From: an uncultured Chlorobiota bacterium
GTDB taxonomy: Bacteria; Bacteroidota; Bacteroidia; Bacteroidales; JAADGE01
Assembly: GCA_947311445.1 (NCBI GenBank)
Contig: CAMZKV010000007.1
Location: 1-57,668 of the forward strand
DNA length: 57,668 bases
Reading direction: 5' to 3'
Under the pieces are notes generated by a model. It was not told the DNA's origin and ran no database searches. It saw only the letters and a list, made by a program, of their open reading frames with translations. Made by a program: the position numbers and the translations under genes. This document shows positions 9,357-18,767 of the stretch, one piece after another (position 1 is the first letter of the stretch; each line of letters begins with the position of its first letter).

Positions 9357-10877
9357 TTGTTTATTAGAAAAGTACATAAGTTAAACAAACTGAAAAAAAA
9401 AGCCCTTATATTATTTATCTTATCTGCTAGTATATTTTCTGCAAACTCTCAAATTGTTGAAGTCCCTTATGTTGAATATGTAACAGTAAACCATTTAACA
9501 GGAAAACCTGTTATTAAATGGTCTGTAAATAATTCTACCTTAATTTCGGGATATATAATTAAAAGAAAAATATATTCTTGTCCCGGTTATAGCTCAAATT
9601 GGCATAATATAAAAATAATTGATAATTCAAGCCAAACAATATATGAAGATAACTCGTTTGTTTGTGAAGCAATGCCCAATATTAGGAAGGAAAAGTATAT
9701 TATTAGAGCATTCAAAATAACTGGAAACGACACACTTAAAAGCTCTATTAGTGAAATTCATGAAACAATTTTTTTAGAAGCCCAATATGATTTTTGCAAA
9801 AAAGCAAACAGGCTTATTTGGAATAATTATTTAGCATGGGAGGGCAATTTTAATTCTTACGAAATATATGCATATGATTTTATTTCAGGATACATTAAAA
9901 TAGGAAACACTAATTACAATGACACAACATTTATTCATTTAAATGTTGATTATAATAAAAATTATAAATACTATATAAAAGCAATAAAAAATTCCGGAAC
10001 AGAATCCGTTTCAAATATTCAGACTGTTTTTACGCAAGATATTAATAGACCAAGTTTTTTAAAAACTGACTCACTAATAGTTAATAACAAAATTAATCTT
10101 TGGTATAGTGTTGACCCTGATTCAGATACAAAAAGATACATCCTATATAAATCGTCTGATATTAATGAAGTTTATGATTCAATAGCTGGTATTAATAATA
10201 AAGATAATTTAATTTCAGCAACTTTTACAGATGATTATAACAAAAAAAGAAACTATTACTATTTATCTGCCATTGATTATTGTGGAGATGAAATAATGAA
10301 ATCTAATATTGTTAGCAATATTGTTTTGGATGTTAAAAAAGAAGTTGGAAATCAAAAAATAAACAATCTTAAATGGCAAGGAGAATTAAATACTGAATAT
10401 TTAATTACAAGATGTGAAAAAGATAAAACAAATTGTTCTATAATTAATTCAATATATGGATTATCTTATTCGGACAATATACAAAATGAATTTGAAAATC
10501 AGTTTAAGAAAACAACAGAAGGAATATTTTGTTATTATATAGTTTCTGAAAACGAAAACCTAAAAAACCTGTCAAATACAGATTGTGTAATTTATGATGA
10601 AACAATTTTTTTAGCAAATGCCTTCAACCCAAATAGTAGAATTGAAGAAAATAGAATTTTTAAACCAAAAATTGCTTTTATTTCCAATTATGAACTGACT
10701 ATATACGGAAACTTCGGAAATATTATTTTTCAAACAAATAATCCTAATTATGGATGGAACGGAAAACTACTCAGTGGAAAACTTGCCCCAAGAGCTTCTT
10801 ATCTTTATTTTATAAATTATACAAATTCAAAAGGAAAAAAAATATCAAAAAAAGGATATGTTTCACTTGTTTATTGA
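9357..10877 (+). CDS. Secreted FN3-like repeat protein with T9SS type B (gliding-motility-associated) C-terminal domain; start uncertain, possibly near 9390
   Basis: Signal peptide; C-terminal NAFNPN...FKPK...YELTIY..FG.IIFQT...GWNG...YLYFI. Confidence 0.8.
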   Translation: MFIRKVHKLNKLKKKALILFILSASIFSANSQIVEVPYVEYVTVNHLTGKPVIKWSVNNSTLISGYIIKRKIYSCPGYSSNWHNIKIIDNSSQTIYEDNSFVCEAMPNIRKEKYIIRAFKITGNDTLKSSISEIHETIFLEAQYDFCKKANRLIWNNYLAWEGNFNSYEIYAYDFISGYIKIGNTNYNDTTFIHLNVDYNKNYKYYIKAIKNSGTESVSNIQTVFTQDINRPSFLKTDSLIVNNKINLWYSVDPDSDTKRYILYKSSDINEVYDSIAGINNKDNLISATFTDDYNKKRNYYYLSAIDYCGDEIMKSNIVSNIVLDVKKEVGNQKINNLKWQGELNTEYLITRCEKDKTNCSIINSIYGLSYSDNIQNEFENQFKKTTEGIFCYYIVSENENLKNLSNTDCVIYDETIFLANAFNPNSRIEENRIFKPKIAFISNYELTIYGNFGNIIFQTNNPNYGWNGKLLSGKLAPRASYLYFINYTNSKGKKISKKGYVSLVY

Positions 10878-10878
10878 C

Positions 10879-12018
10879 TTATTTTAAGGCATAAGCAATC
10901 ATAATTCCCAAATAATTTCCCAAAGCATAACCGATAATTCCAATAGTGAGTCCGGAAATTATTATTTCCTTGTTTTTTAACTTTGCAGCAACAACAGGGA
11001 CAAAAGGTGGCGAAAATATTAAAGAAGTCATTGTTATTATAGTTGTGTCAACATCAATTTTAAATATTGCAGAAAATAAAAAAGTTAAAAATGTAATTCC
11101 AAAAACTACATATACAACATATAAAAATATTTTCGGTGAAATATTACTTATAGTTGTTAAATCTCCCATTGAAGCAACAACTAAACTAAAAATAAGAATA
11201 AAATATATTCCAATATGAAAAGTTTTAGGGATTTTATTTATTCTTGGAACCAATGCAAGTAATATCCCTAAACTTGTAATGGCTAAAATAGCAACAACAG
11301 TTGAAAAATCTTTTGGAACTAACATACTTATTCCTCCGCCTGTTGCAACAATGAGAATTGAAAGCCCAATTCCTTTCAGTATATTAGGTGTGTTTTTCTT
11401 AGTTAAAATATCATCAAAAGACTCTAATTCAGCAATGATTTTATCTTGTTTTTCATTGTCTGTTTTAAAATTAGATTTGAATTCAGGGAGAAATAGTAAG
11501 CCAAATTTTTTAAAAACAGATAATGCTAAAATTATAAAAACCGTACAAACCAGCATATCATATGTGTGAGTAATTATAAAAAGGTCAGAATCTACATTTA
11601 AAGCTGTTTTTATTGCTGCCATATTTGGTGTTCCTCCTGTATATACTCCTGTAAGTAAACCTGCAACTTGCCATCCATCTGCAACATCACCCATGAAAAT
11701 ATAAAACCCGGAAACAACAGTTATGATAACAGCAATTGCAACTAATAATCCTGACAACATTGTTTTTCCGGCAATTTTTAACCATTGCCTCACATTTGTT
11801 GAAAATAATAAAAGAGGAATGGCTAGTAAAACAGAGATCTCAGAAAATTTTTCTTGAACTTCTTTAACTCCCTCAGGCATAATTCCACTATTCCCAATAA
11901 CAAGTCCAAAAAAGTAAGCAATTAAAACTGCTCCAATTTTATTCATTGCCGAAAACTTATGTGTAATAAATAAAATAACTGCCGGAAAGAGTAAATAAAA
12001 AAGTATTAAGATTATCAT
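10879..12018 (-). CDS. DUF819-family integral membrane protein (start moved to ATG 12018)
   Basis: About 11 TM segments; GVYTGGTPNMAAIK, SPPFVPVVA, GIIGYALGNYLG. Confidence 0.82.
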   Translation of the reverse strand: MIILILFYLLFPAVILFITHKFSAMNKIGAVLIAYFFGLVIGNSGIMPEGVKEVQEKFSEISVLLAIPLLLFSTNVRQWLKIAGKTMLSGLLVAIAVIITVVSGFYIFMGDVADGWQVAGLLTGVYTGGTPNMAAIKTALNVDSDLFIITHTYDMLVCTVFIILALSVFKKFGLLFLPEFKSNFKTDNEKQDKIIAELESFDDILTKKNTPNILKGIGLSILIVATGGGISMLVPKDFSTVVAILAITSLGILLALVPRINKIPKTFHIGIYFILIFSLVVASMGDLTTISNISPKIFLYVVYVVFGITFLTFLFSAIFKIDVDTTIITMTSLIFSPPFVPVVAAKLKNKEIIISGLTIGIIGYALGNYLGIMIAYALK

Positions 12019-12071
12019 ATTTTTAATATTTAGATTTACTAATGCTTTAAGAGTTAGCAAAATTCTAGTTC

Positions 12072-13241
12072 CTACGACTCCTTGAGACTTGCCCGTTCAA
12101 AAGTTTTTTCTCTATCAAACAAATATCTGTAAGTAGAAAATTGTCTGTATAAATTTGTTCCTAAATTTTCACAAACTTTTATCATTTTAGGATTAAAATC
12201 ACCAATCCAAGTTAAAATTGTATCTCTATATTTGTTCATCGGAACAAGCATTTCTCCTGCTAATTTTATCATTGCACCTTCAACTCCCTTTCCATGAAAA
12301 TCATGGGCAACACCAAAAACCAAACCGTACATCGTGTTTGGAGGATTAATATTTTTCTTCCACAAAAAAATTAACTTGCCAATCAAGTTCATTTTTCCGT
12401 TAACATATTTAAAAATCTGATTTAATTCAGGAATATTTACAAACATTCCAATTGGTCTGTTATCATAATATGCGAAAAATATAATATCAGGGTTAATAAC
12501 TGCTTTCATAGAATTTAAAAGTTTTTCTGCAAAAGAAAGTTCCATTTCTTTGAAGTTGTCTCTTGTATGCCCCCAACCATCATTATAAACATTAATAAAA
12601 TCCTGTGCAACTTGTTTCAATTTCATCCCTCTAATATTTTTGAACTCAAATTTAGGGTCGTTTCTTAAATCCTTCGATTTATTAACTAAAACATCTGGAA
12701 TAGGGTCGTTAACTAATCTTTGATACATAAATTGATTGTAAAAAACCTTGAACCCATATGTCTCGAATAGTTTAATATAATATTCCGGATTATAATTCAT
12801 TGCATAAGTATTTGGGTCTGTGAAGTTCTTCACAAGCAAACCCCAAAATTGATCACGTTCACCAAAGTTTATTGGACCATCCATTGCCTCAACTTTGTTT
12901 TTTTGAAACCAAAACTTTGCTGTATCAAATAATAAGTCTGCAGCTTCCTGATTGTTAATACATTCAAAATAGCCAATTCCTCCGGTTAATTGTTTGTATT
13001 TTTTTGAATATTTAGGATGAAGCCATGCAGCAATTCTACCAACTAATTTCTCAGAGTTGTCATATAAAACCCATCGTTTTGCATTTAATCCGTCAAAATT
13101 ATTATTAAATTTTCTATGAAATTTTTTTTCAATATCACTTTCGATGTGAGGAATCCAATTTGAATCATCTTTATATATAATTTTTGGAACTTTGTGAAAC
13201 TCTTTTATTGAGAAATTATCAGAAACTTCTTTTATTTTCAT
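12072..13241 (-). CDS. Tandem GNAT-fold acyltransferase, YghO / bacterial ceramide synthase-like (start moved to ATG 13241)
   Basis: PKIIYKDDSNWIP, VGRIAA, GYFECI, MDGPINF, YNPEYY, GV..DFHGKGV, WIGDFNPKM. Confidence 0.72.
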   Translation of the reverse strand: MKIKEVSDNFSIKEFHKVPKIIYKDDSNWIPHIESDIEKKFHRKFNNNFDGLNAKRWVLYDNSEKLVGRIAAWLHPKYSKKYKQLTGGIGYFECINNQEAADLLFDTAKFWFQKNKVEAMDGPINFGERDQFWGLLVKNFTDPNTYAMNYNPEYYIKLFETYGFKVFYNQFMYQRLVNDPIPDVLVNKSKDLRNDPKFEFKNIRGMKLKQVAQDFINVYNDGWGHTRDNFKEMELSFAEKLLNSMKAVINPDIIFFAYYDNRPIGMFVNIPELNQIFKYVNGKMNLIGKLIFLWKKNINPPNTMYGLVFGVAHDFHGKGVEGAMIKLAGEMLVPMNKYRDTILTWIGDFNPKMIKVCENLGTNLYRQFSTYRYLFDREKTFERASLKES

Positions 13242-13503
13242 ATTTACAATTATAATAACTTTGTTGAATACTACCAAAAAATGTTATAAAACCATAAAGG
13301 AAACTCAAACTTCGTTAGTTTTGTTAGAAGTATTAAATATCTTGAATCCTTAAACGTTAGATAAGACAAATAGTAATACTTTTATTAAATAAAAACATCT
13401 AAATTTTACCAATAATTAAGTTAAATTTATTACTTTTGAAAACTCTTAAAAAATAAAGTAAAAGTAATATCTAATTTAAAAATGTTAAAAAAATATATAA
13501 ATT

Positions 13504-13743
13504 ATGGCAAAAATTAAAGGAGCAATAGTAGTTGATACAGAACGTTGCAAGGGATGTAATCTTTGCGTTGTTGCTTGTCCTACAGATGTTATTGCCTTAA
13601 ACAAATTAGTAAATGGAAAAGGATTTAATCCTGCATTTCCTGAAAATCATGGAGCATGTATTGCTTGCATGAGTTGTTCATTGGTTTGTCCCGATATGTG
13701 CATAACAGTGTACAGATACAAACCTCAAAAAGAAACAGTTTAA
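13504..13743 (+). CDS. 2[4Fe-4S] ferredoxin, delta subunit of 2-oxoacid:ferredoxin oxidoreductase
   Basis: CKGCNLCVVACP and CIACMSCSLVCP; first gene of the operon. Confidence 0.93.
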   Translation: MAKIKGAIVVDTERCKGCNLCVVACPTDVIALNKLVNGKGFNPAFPENHGACIACMSCSLVCPDMCITVYRYKPQKETV

Positions 13744-13760
13744 CTAAATTTAAACAGAGA

Positions 13761-14840
13761 ATGGAAGAAATAAAATTAATGAAAGGTAATGAAGCATTTG
13801 CCGAAGCAGTTATAAGAGAAGGAGTTGATGCTTATTTTGGTTATCCTATTACTCCTCAATCAGAAGTTATTGAATATCTAATGCTTGAAGAACCATATAA
13901 AAGAACAGGAATGGTTGTGCTTCAAGCAGAAAGTGAAATTGGTGCAATCCATATGGTTTATGGTGCAGCTGGTGCTGGAAAAAAAGCAGTAACTTCATCG
14001 TCAAGCCCCGGTATTAGTCTTAAACAAGAAGGAATATCATATATGGCAGGTTCAGAATTGCCATGTGTAATGCTAAATGTTGTAAGAGGTGGCCCCGGAT
14101 TAGGAACTATACAGCCTTCTCAAGCAGATTATTTTCAAACTGTAAAAGGTGGCGGACATGGAGATTATAAATTAATTGTACTTGCTCCTGCATCAGTTCA
14201 AGAAATGGCTGATTTTGTAGAAGACGGTTTTAAAATGGCATTCAAATACAGAACACCTGTAATGTTACTTTCAGACGGATTAATTGGACAAATGATGGAA
14301 AAGGTTCAACTTAAACCTCAAAAAGCAAGATTGTCAAACGAAGAAATTAGAGAAAAATACGGCTCTTGGGCAACAATTGGTCATAAACCGGAAGAACGAA
14401 CAATTATAACTTCATTAGAATTAAAATCTGAAAGACAAGAAAAACACAATCATAAATTACAAGCAAAATACAGAGAAATTGAAAAGAAAGAAGTAAGACT
14501 TGAAAAATTTAATTGTGAAAATGCTGATTATCTATTGGTTGCATATGGTTCGAGTGCAAGAATTTGCCAAAAAACAATTCAGTTAGGTAAAGAAAAAGGA
14601 ATAAACATCGGTTTAATAAGACCTATTACACTTTGGCCTTTTCCATCAGATGAAATCAATAAAGCTGCTGATAAAGTAAAAGGTGTTTTGTCAGTTGAAT
14701 TAAGTGCAGGACAAATGGTTGATGATGTAAGATTAGCCGTTAACGGAAAAGTTCCTGTTGAGCATTATGGACGGTTTGGAGGAATGATACATTCTCCTGA
14801 TGAAGTACTTGAAGCATTAGAGAAAAATTTTATTAAATAA
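13761..14840 (+). CDS. vorB: 2-oxoacid:ferredoxin oxidoreductase alpha subunit, VorB-like (start moved to ATG 13761)
   Basis: MKGNEA, GYPITPQSE, QAESE, SSSSPGISLKQE, RGGPGLG; substrate specificity cannot be read from sequence. Confidence 0.9.
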   Translation: MEEIKLMKGNEAFAEAVIREGVDAYFGYPITPQSEVIEYLMLEEPYKRTGMVVLQAESEIGAIHMVYGAAGAGKKAVTSSSSPGISLKQEGISYMAGSELPCVMLNVVRGGPGLGTIQPSQADYFQTVKGGGHGDYKLIVLAPASVQEMADFVEDGFKMAFKYRTPVMLLSDGLIGQMMEKVQLKPQKARLSNEEIREKYGSWATIGHKPEERTIITSLELKSERQEKHNHKLQAKYREIEKKEVRLEKFNCENADYLLVAYGSSARICQKTIQLGKEKGINIGLIRPITLWPFPSDEINKAADKVKGVLSVELSAGQMVDDVRLAVNGKVPVEHYGRFGGMIHSPDEVLEALEKNFIK

Positions 14841-14940
14841 CATTGTTAAATATTGTTACATTTTTTAATGTTTTTGTAATTTTAACAATGCAATAATTTT
14901 AACAATGCAACAATTTAACAGTGCAACAATTTAACAATAA
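14841..14940. repeat. Intergenic array of AACAATNN 8-mers with a shorter inverted ATTGTT arm
   Basis: Left arm cattgttaaatattgttacatt; right arm aacaatgc aataattt t aacaatgc aacaattt aacagtgc aacaattt aacaataa. Confidence 0.85.
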
Positions 14941-14945
14941 AAATT

Positions 14946-15716
14946 ATGTCAGAAAATATAACACCCGAAGAAATAATAAAAAAAGGAACATTAGTTTTTG
15001 AGAAAACAAAGTTAATGACCGATGCACACTTATCTTATTGCCCAGGCTGTGGACATGGTGTAGCACACAGAATTACTATGGAAGTTCTTGAAGAAATGGG
15101 AGTAGGCGACCAAGCCATTGGAATTGCTCCTGTAGGATGTTCAGTTTTAGCATATGATTTTATGAATATTGATATGCAACAAGCTGCACATGGAAGAGCT
15201 CCTGCCGTAGCAACAGGAATAAAAAGATTATATCCTGAAAAATATGTTTTTACTTACCAAGGCGATGGCGATTTAGCTGCAATTGGAACAAATGAAACAA
15301 TTCACGCATGCAACAGAGGAGAAAATATTGTAATAATTTTCGTAAATAACGGTATTTACGGAATGACAGGTGGACAAATGGCACCAACAACTCTTGAAGG
15401 GATGGTTTCATCAACTTCACCTTATGGTAGAGATTTGGGAATGACTGGTCATCCTATAAAAATAACAGAAATGTTAGCAATGTTGCCGGGAGTTTGCTAT
15501 GCAACTCGTCATGCGGTTCATAAACCTGGTTTAGTTAGAAAAACTAAAAAAGCAATTAAAAAAGCATTTGAAAACCAAAGAGATAAAAAAGGAACATCAA
15601 TTATAGAAATAGTTTCAAATTGTAACTCGGGTTGGAAAATGACTCCTGTTAAATCTAATGAATGGTTAGAAGAAAATATGCTTCCTGTATTTCCGCTTGG
15701 AGATATAAAAGGATAG
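14946..15716 (+). CDS. 2-oxoacid:ferredoxin oxidoreductase beta (TPP-binding) subunit
   Basis: YCPGCGHG, HGRAPAVATG, QGDGD...NNGIYGMTGGQ. Confidence 0.93.
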   Translation: MSENITPEEIIKKGTLVFEKTKLMTDAHLSYCPGCGHGVAHRITMEVLEEMGVGDQAIGIAPVGCSVLAYDFMNIDMQQAAHGRAPAVATGIKRLYPEKYVFTYQGDGDLAAIGTNETIHACNRGENIVIIFVNNGIYGMTGGQMAPTTLEGMVSSTSPYGRDLGMTGHPIKITEMLAMLPGVCYATRHAVHKPGLVRKTKKAIKKAFENQRDKKGTSIIEIVSNCNSGWKMTPVKSNEWLEENMLPVFPLGDIKG

Positions 15717-15758
15717 TAATACTTCAAATCAGAATTACAAATCTCAAATTTAAAAAAA

Positions 15759-16304
15759 ATGACAGAAGAAATAATTATAGCAGGTTTTGGAGGGCAAGGT
15801 GTTCTTTCAATGGGGAAAATACTTGCCTATTCAGGAATTATGCAAGATCAAGAAGTAAGTTGGATGCCATCTTATGGACCCGAAATGAGGGGAGGAACTG
15901 CTAATGTAACAGTAATATTAAGCGATGAGAAAATAAGTTCTCCGGTATTAAGAAATTTTGATACAGCAATAGTTTTAAATCAGCCTTCAATGAATAAATT
16001 TGAAGAAACTGTTAAACCCGGAGGGATTTTATTATATGATCCAAATGGAATTCTCCATCCTCCAACAAGAAAAGATATAAGAATATATAAAATTGAAGGA
16101 GCATTAGAAGCATCAAGAATGAAAAGTTCTAAAACTTTTAATATGATTGTTTTAGGAGCATATTTAAAAATTAATCCTGTTGTTAAAATGGAGAATGTAC
16201 TCAAAGGTCTGAAAAAATCATTGCCTGAAAGACATCATCACCTAATTCCACTTAATGAAGAAGCAATTAAGGTTGGATTAGAAAAAGTTGAAAAAGTTTC
16301 ATAA
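15759..16304 (+). CDS. 2-oxoacid:ferredoxin oxidoreductase gamma subunit
   Basis: AGFGGQGV, SYGPEMRGGTA, NMIVLGA. Confidence 0.93.
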   Translation: MTEEIIIAGFGGQGVLSMGKILAYSGIMQDQEVSWMPSYGPEMRGGTANVTVILSDEKISSPVLRNFDTAIVLNQPSMNKFEETVKPGGILLYDPNGILHPPTRKDIRIYKIEGALEASRMKSSKTFNMIVLGAYLKINPVVKMENVLKGLKKSLPERHHHLIPLNEEAIKVGLEKVEKVS

Positions 16305-16317
16305 TTTAAAATTATAT

Positions 16318-16342
16318 AGACCTGCAATTTGCGGGTCTTTTT
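16318..16342 (+). terminator. Intrinsic terminator ending the oxidoreductase operon
   Basis: AGACCTGCA-att-TGCGGGTCT followed by a T run. Confidence 0.85.
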
Positions 16343-16429
16343 ATCAAACCAAAATTGCATTTTCTTAAATTTTATTATAAATTTTAGCAAAAATATATAT
16401 CTTTAACAAAATTTTAAACACATTTTATC

Positions 16430-17107
16430 ATGATGTTCGGATATATCATCTTCGGTGCCATAGCTTTACTTGGAGGGCTTGTTCAAAGAAAACTGAAAAG
16501 TAAGTTTAAAAAATACTCACAAATTGCATTACAAAATGGATTGTCGGGAAAAGAAATTGCAGAAAAAATGTTAGCTGACCATGGAATAACAGATGTTCAA
16601 GTTATTTCTGTACGAGGGAAATTAACAGACCATTACAATCCTAAAAATAAAACTGTAAATTTAAGTGAAGTTGTTTTTCATCAAAGAAATGCTTCTGCGG
16701 CAGCTGTTGCAGCACATGAGTGCGGACATGCAATACAACACGCAACTGCATATTCTTGGTTGCAGTTTCGTTCCAAAATGGTTCCTACCGTTAATGTAAC
16801 AGGAAGATTGGCACAATTTATAATCATGGGAGGAATTCTTGCAATTAATGTTTTTCCTCAATTATTATTGCTTGGAATTGCATTCTTTGCTGTATCAGTT
16901 GTGTTCACTTTTGTTACACTACCGGTTGAGTATGATGCAAGCAAAAGAGCTTTAGCATGGTTGGAAAATGAAAGGATGCTAACTCCACAAGAACATGATG
17001 GGGCAGAAGATGCACTTAAATGGGCAGCTAGAACCTATGTTGTTGCAGCACTAGGTGCTTTAACTACATTACTTTATTATGTTATGATTTTTCTGAGAAG
17101 AAGATAG
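16430..17107 (+). CDS. YugP-like membrane zinc metallopeptidase
   Basis: LTDHYNP, AAHECGHAIQH (HExxH), TLPVEYDASKRA, AARTYV. Confidence 0.92.
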   Translation: MMFGYIIFGAIALLGGLVQRKLKSKFKKYSQIALQNGLSGKEIAEKMLADHGITDVQVISVRGKLTDHYNPKNKTVNLSEVVFHQRNASAAAVAAHECGHAIQHATAYSWLQFRSKMVPTVNVTGRLAQFIIMGGILAINVFPQLLLLGIAFFAVSVVFTFVTLPVEYDASKRALAWLENERMLTPQEHDGAEDALKWAARTYVVAALGALTTLLYYVMIFLRRR

Positions 17108-17231
17108 TTGCTGATATTATTTTAAAACATTCTAATGTGTTCATTATCAGTTTATTATAAATATTATTTTCAATATAACTATTGAGCATATAATTTAAAA
17201 ACTTATTTATTTATTTAAAATGATATATTTT

Positions 17232-17261
17232 TTTGTAAAGAATAAAAAAATAATAACTTTG
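17232..17261 (+). promoter_or_regulatory. Bacteroidota -33/-7 promoter for rpmH
   Basis: TTTG at 17232-17235, 18-nt spacer, TAACTTTG at 17254-17261. Confidence 0.75.
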
Positions 17262-17325
17262 CAATCCGAAAAATAATAAGAATAAAAACAAAAAAATCCT
17301 TAAAGGATATTAAAAATAAAGAAAG

Positions 17326-17484
17326 ATGAAAAGAACGTTTCAACCTTCAAAAAGAAAAAGAAAGAATAAATTAGGATTCAGAGAAAGAATGGCAACCGTT
17401 AGTGGAAGAAATATTTTGAAAAGAAGACGCAGAAAAGGGAGATCTAAATTATCAGTTTCAGATGAATTGCGTTATAAATCATAA
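17326..17484 (+). CDS. rpmH: 50S ribosomal protein L34 (absent from the supplied ORF track)
   Basis: Manual translation [52 protein letters not shown] (52 aa). Confidence 0.98.
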   Translation: MKRTFQPSKRKRKNKLGFRERMATVSGRNILKRRRRKGRSKLSVSDELRYKS

Positions 17485-17523
17485 TTTTATTTTAATTTAG
17501 AAAGTAAAATACTAATATTATAC

Positions 17524-17553
17524 ACCCTCGATTTTGTCAATCGAGGGTTTTTT
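17524..17553 (+). terminator. Intrinsic terminator after rpmH
   Basis: ACCCTCGATT-ttgtc-AATCGAGGGT followed by a T run. Confidence 0.88.
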
Positions 17554-17574
17554 GTTTAGCATTATAAAAAAAAG

Positions 17575-18699
17575 ATGAATAAAATTGATATATTTATAAA
17601 AAATAGCAATTTGAGTAATGAATTGTTGAAAATTGCAAGAAAAGTTAAAAATAATGAAAGGATTTCAGAAGAGGAAGGACTTTTTTTATATGAAAACGCA
17701 GAACTTTCATTTCTTGGAGTATTATCCAACTATTTGAGAGAAAAAGCACACGGAGATATTACGTATTTTAATAAGAATTTTCATATTGAACCAACAAATA
17801 TTTGTATTTATAGTTGCAAATTTTGCTCTTATGTTAGGAAAATAAATCAAGAAGGAGCATGGGAGTTTAATATTGAAGATATACTGGAAACTGTTAAATC
17901 ATATAAAAATAAGGATGTTACAGAAGTTCATATTGTAGGAGGAGTTCATCCTAACAGAGATTTGCATTATTATGGTAAAATGATACAAAAGATTAAAAGT
18001 ATTATACCAGAAATTAAGATAAAAGCATTTACGGCAGTTGAGCTTGAGTTTATGATTAAAAAAGCAAAAATGCCATTAGTTGAAGGCTTAAAAAAATTAA
18101 AAGAATATGGTTTAGATTCTATTCCCGGTGGAGGAGCGGAAATTTTTCATAATGATATAAGAAAAGAACTTTGCGATGAAAAAGCTAGTTCAGAAATGTG
18201 GCTTAAGATTCATGAAGCTGCACATAAAGTTGGGCTTCCCTCTAATGCTACGATTTTATATGGTCATATTGAAAAGTATTCTCACAGAATTCATCATCTT
18301 TCAAAATTAAGAGATTTACAAGATAAAACAGGAGGCTTTAAAACTTTTATTCCTTTAAAATTCAGAAAAGAAAACAATAGTCTTTCTCATGTTGGAGAAG
18401 TTTCCTCAATAGAAGATTTAAAGAATTTTGCAGTATCTCGTATTTTTCTTGATAATTTTCCTCACATAAAAGCATACTGGCCAATGTTAGGAAGAAATAT
18501 TACCCAACTATCTCTATCATATGGTGTTGATGATGTTGATGGAACTATTGATGACAGTACAAAAATTTATTCTATGGCAGGAGCAGAAGACAAAAACCCG
18601 AAGATGTCAACACAAGATTTGGTGCATCTTATTAAAAAAGTAAGAAGAATTCCTGCCGAAAGAGATACTCTTTATAACATTATAAAAAAATATGATTAA
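17575..18699 (+). CDS. mqnE: Aminofutalosine synthase (CofH/MqnE radical SAM family)
   Basis: IEPTNICIYSCKFCSY (CxxxCxxC), EVHIVGG, KAFTAVE, PGGGAEIF, NATILYGHIE, HIKAYWPM, KIYSMAGA. Confidence 0.88.
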   Translation: MNKIDIFIKNSNLSNELLKIARKVKNNERISEEEGLFLYENAELSFLGVLSNYLREKAHGDITYFNKNFHIEPTNICIYSCKFCSYVRKINQEGAWEFNIEDILETVKSYKNKDVTEVHIVGGVHPNRDLHYYGKMIQKIKSIIPEIKIKAFTAVELEFMIKKAKMPLVEGLKKLKEYGLDSIPGGGAEIFHNDIRKELCDEKASSEMWLKIHEAAHKVGLPSNATILYGHIEKYSHRIHHLSKLRDLQDKTGGFKTFIPLKFRKENNSLSHVGEVSSIEDLKNFAVSRIFLDNFPHIKAYWPMLGRNITQLSLSYGVDDVDGTIDDSTKIYSMAGAEDKNPKMSTQDLVHLIKKVRRIPAERDTLYNIIKKYD

Positions 18700-18767
18700 T
18701 TAGTGCTTAATCTTCAAGCAATAATTTTTATATTTGGCAATCTGATAAACCTTTTTAATATTTTGTT

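Noticed and set aside
9393-9401. A9/T9 homopolymers here and in rnc, rnhB and the sugar transferase gene as phase-variation tracts
   Set aside because: Runs of this length are frequent in such AT-rich DNA and also occur in housekeeping genes
13656-13760. N-terminal extension of the alpha subunit in the ORF track
   Set aside because: Overlaps the ferredoxin gene; the family-typical start MEEIKLMKGNEA is at 13761
14841-14940. Possible CRISPR array
   Set aside because: Units are 8-16 nt with no unique spacers, and there are no cas genes
17108-17325. Replication origin near rpmH
   Set aside because: No dnaA and no cluster of TTATCCACA boxes; the region is explained by the rpmH promoter
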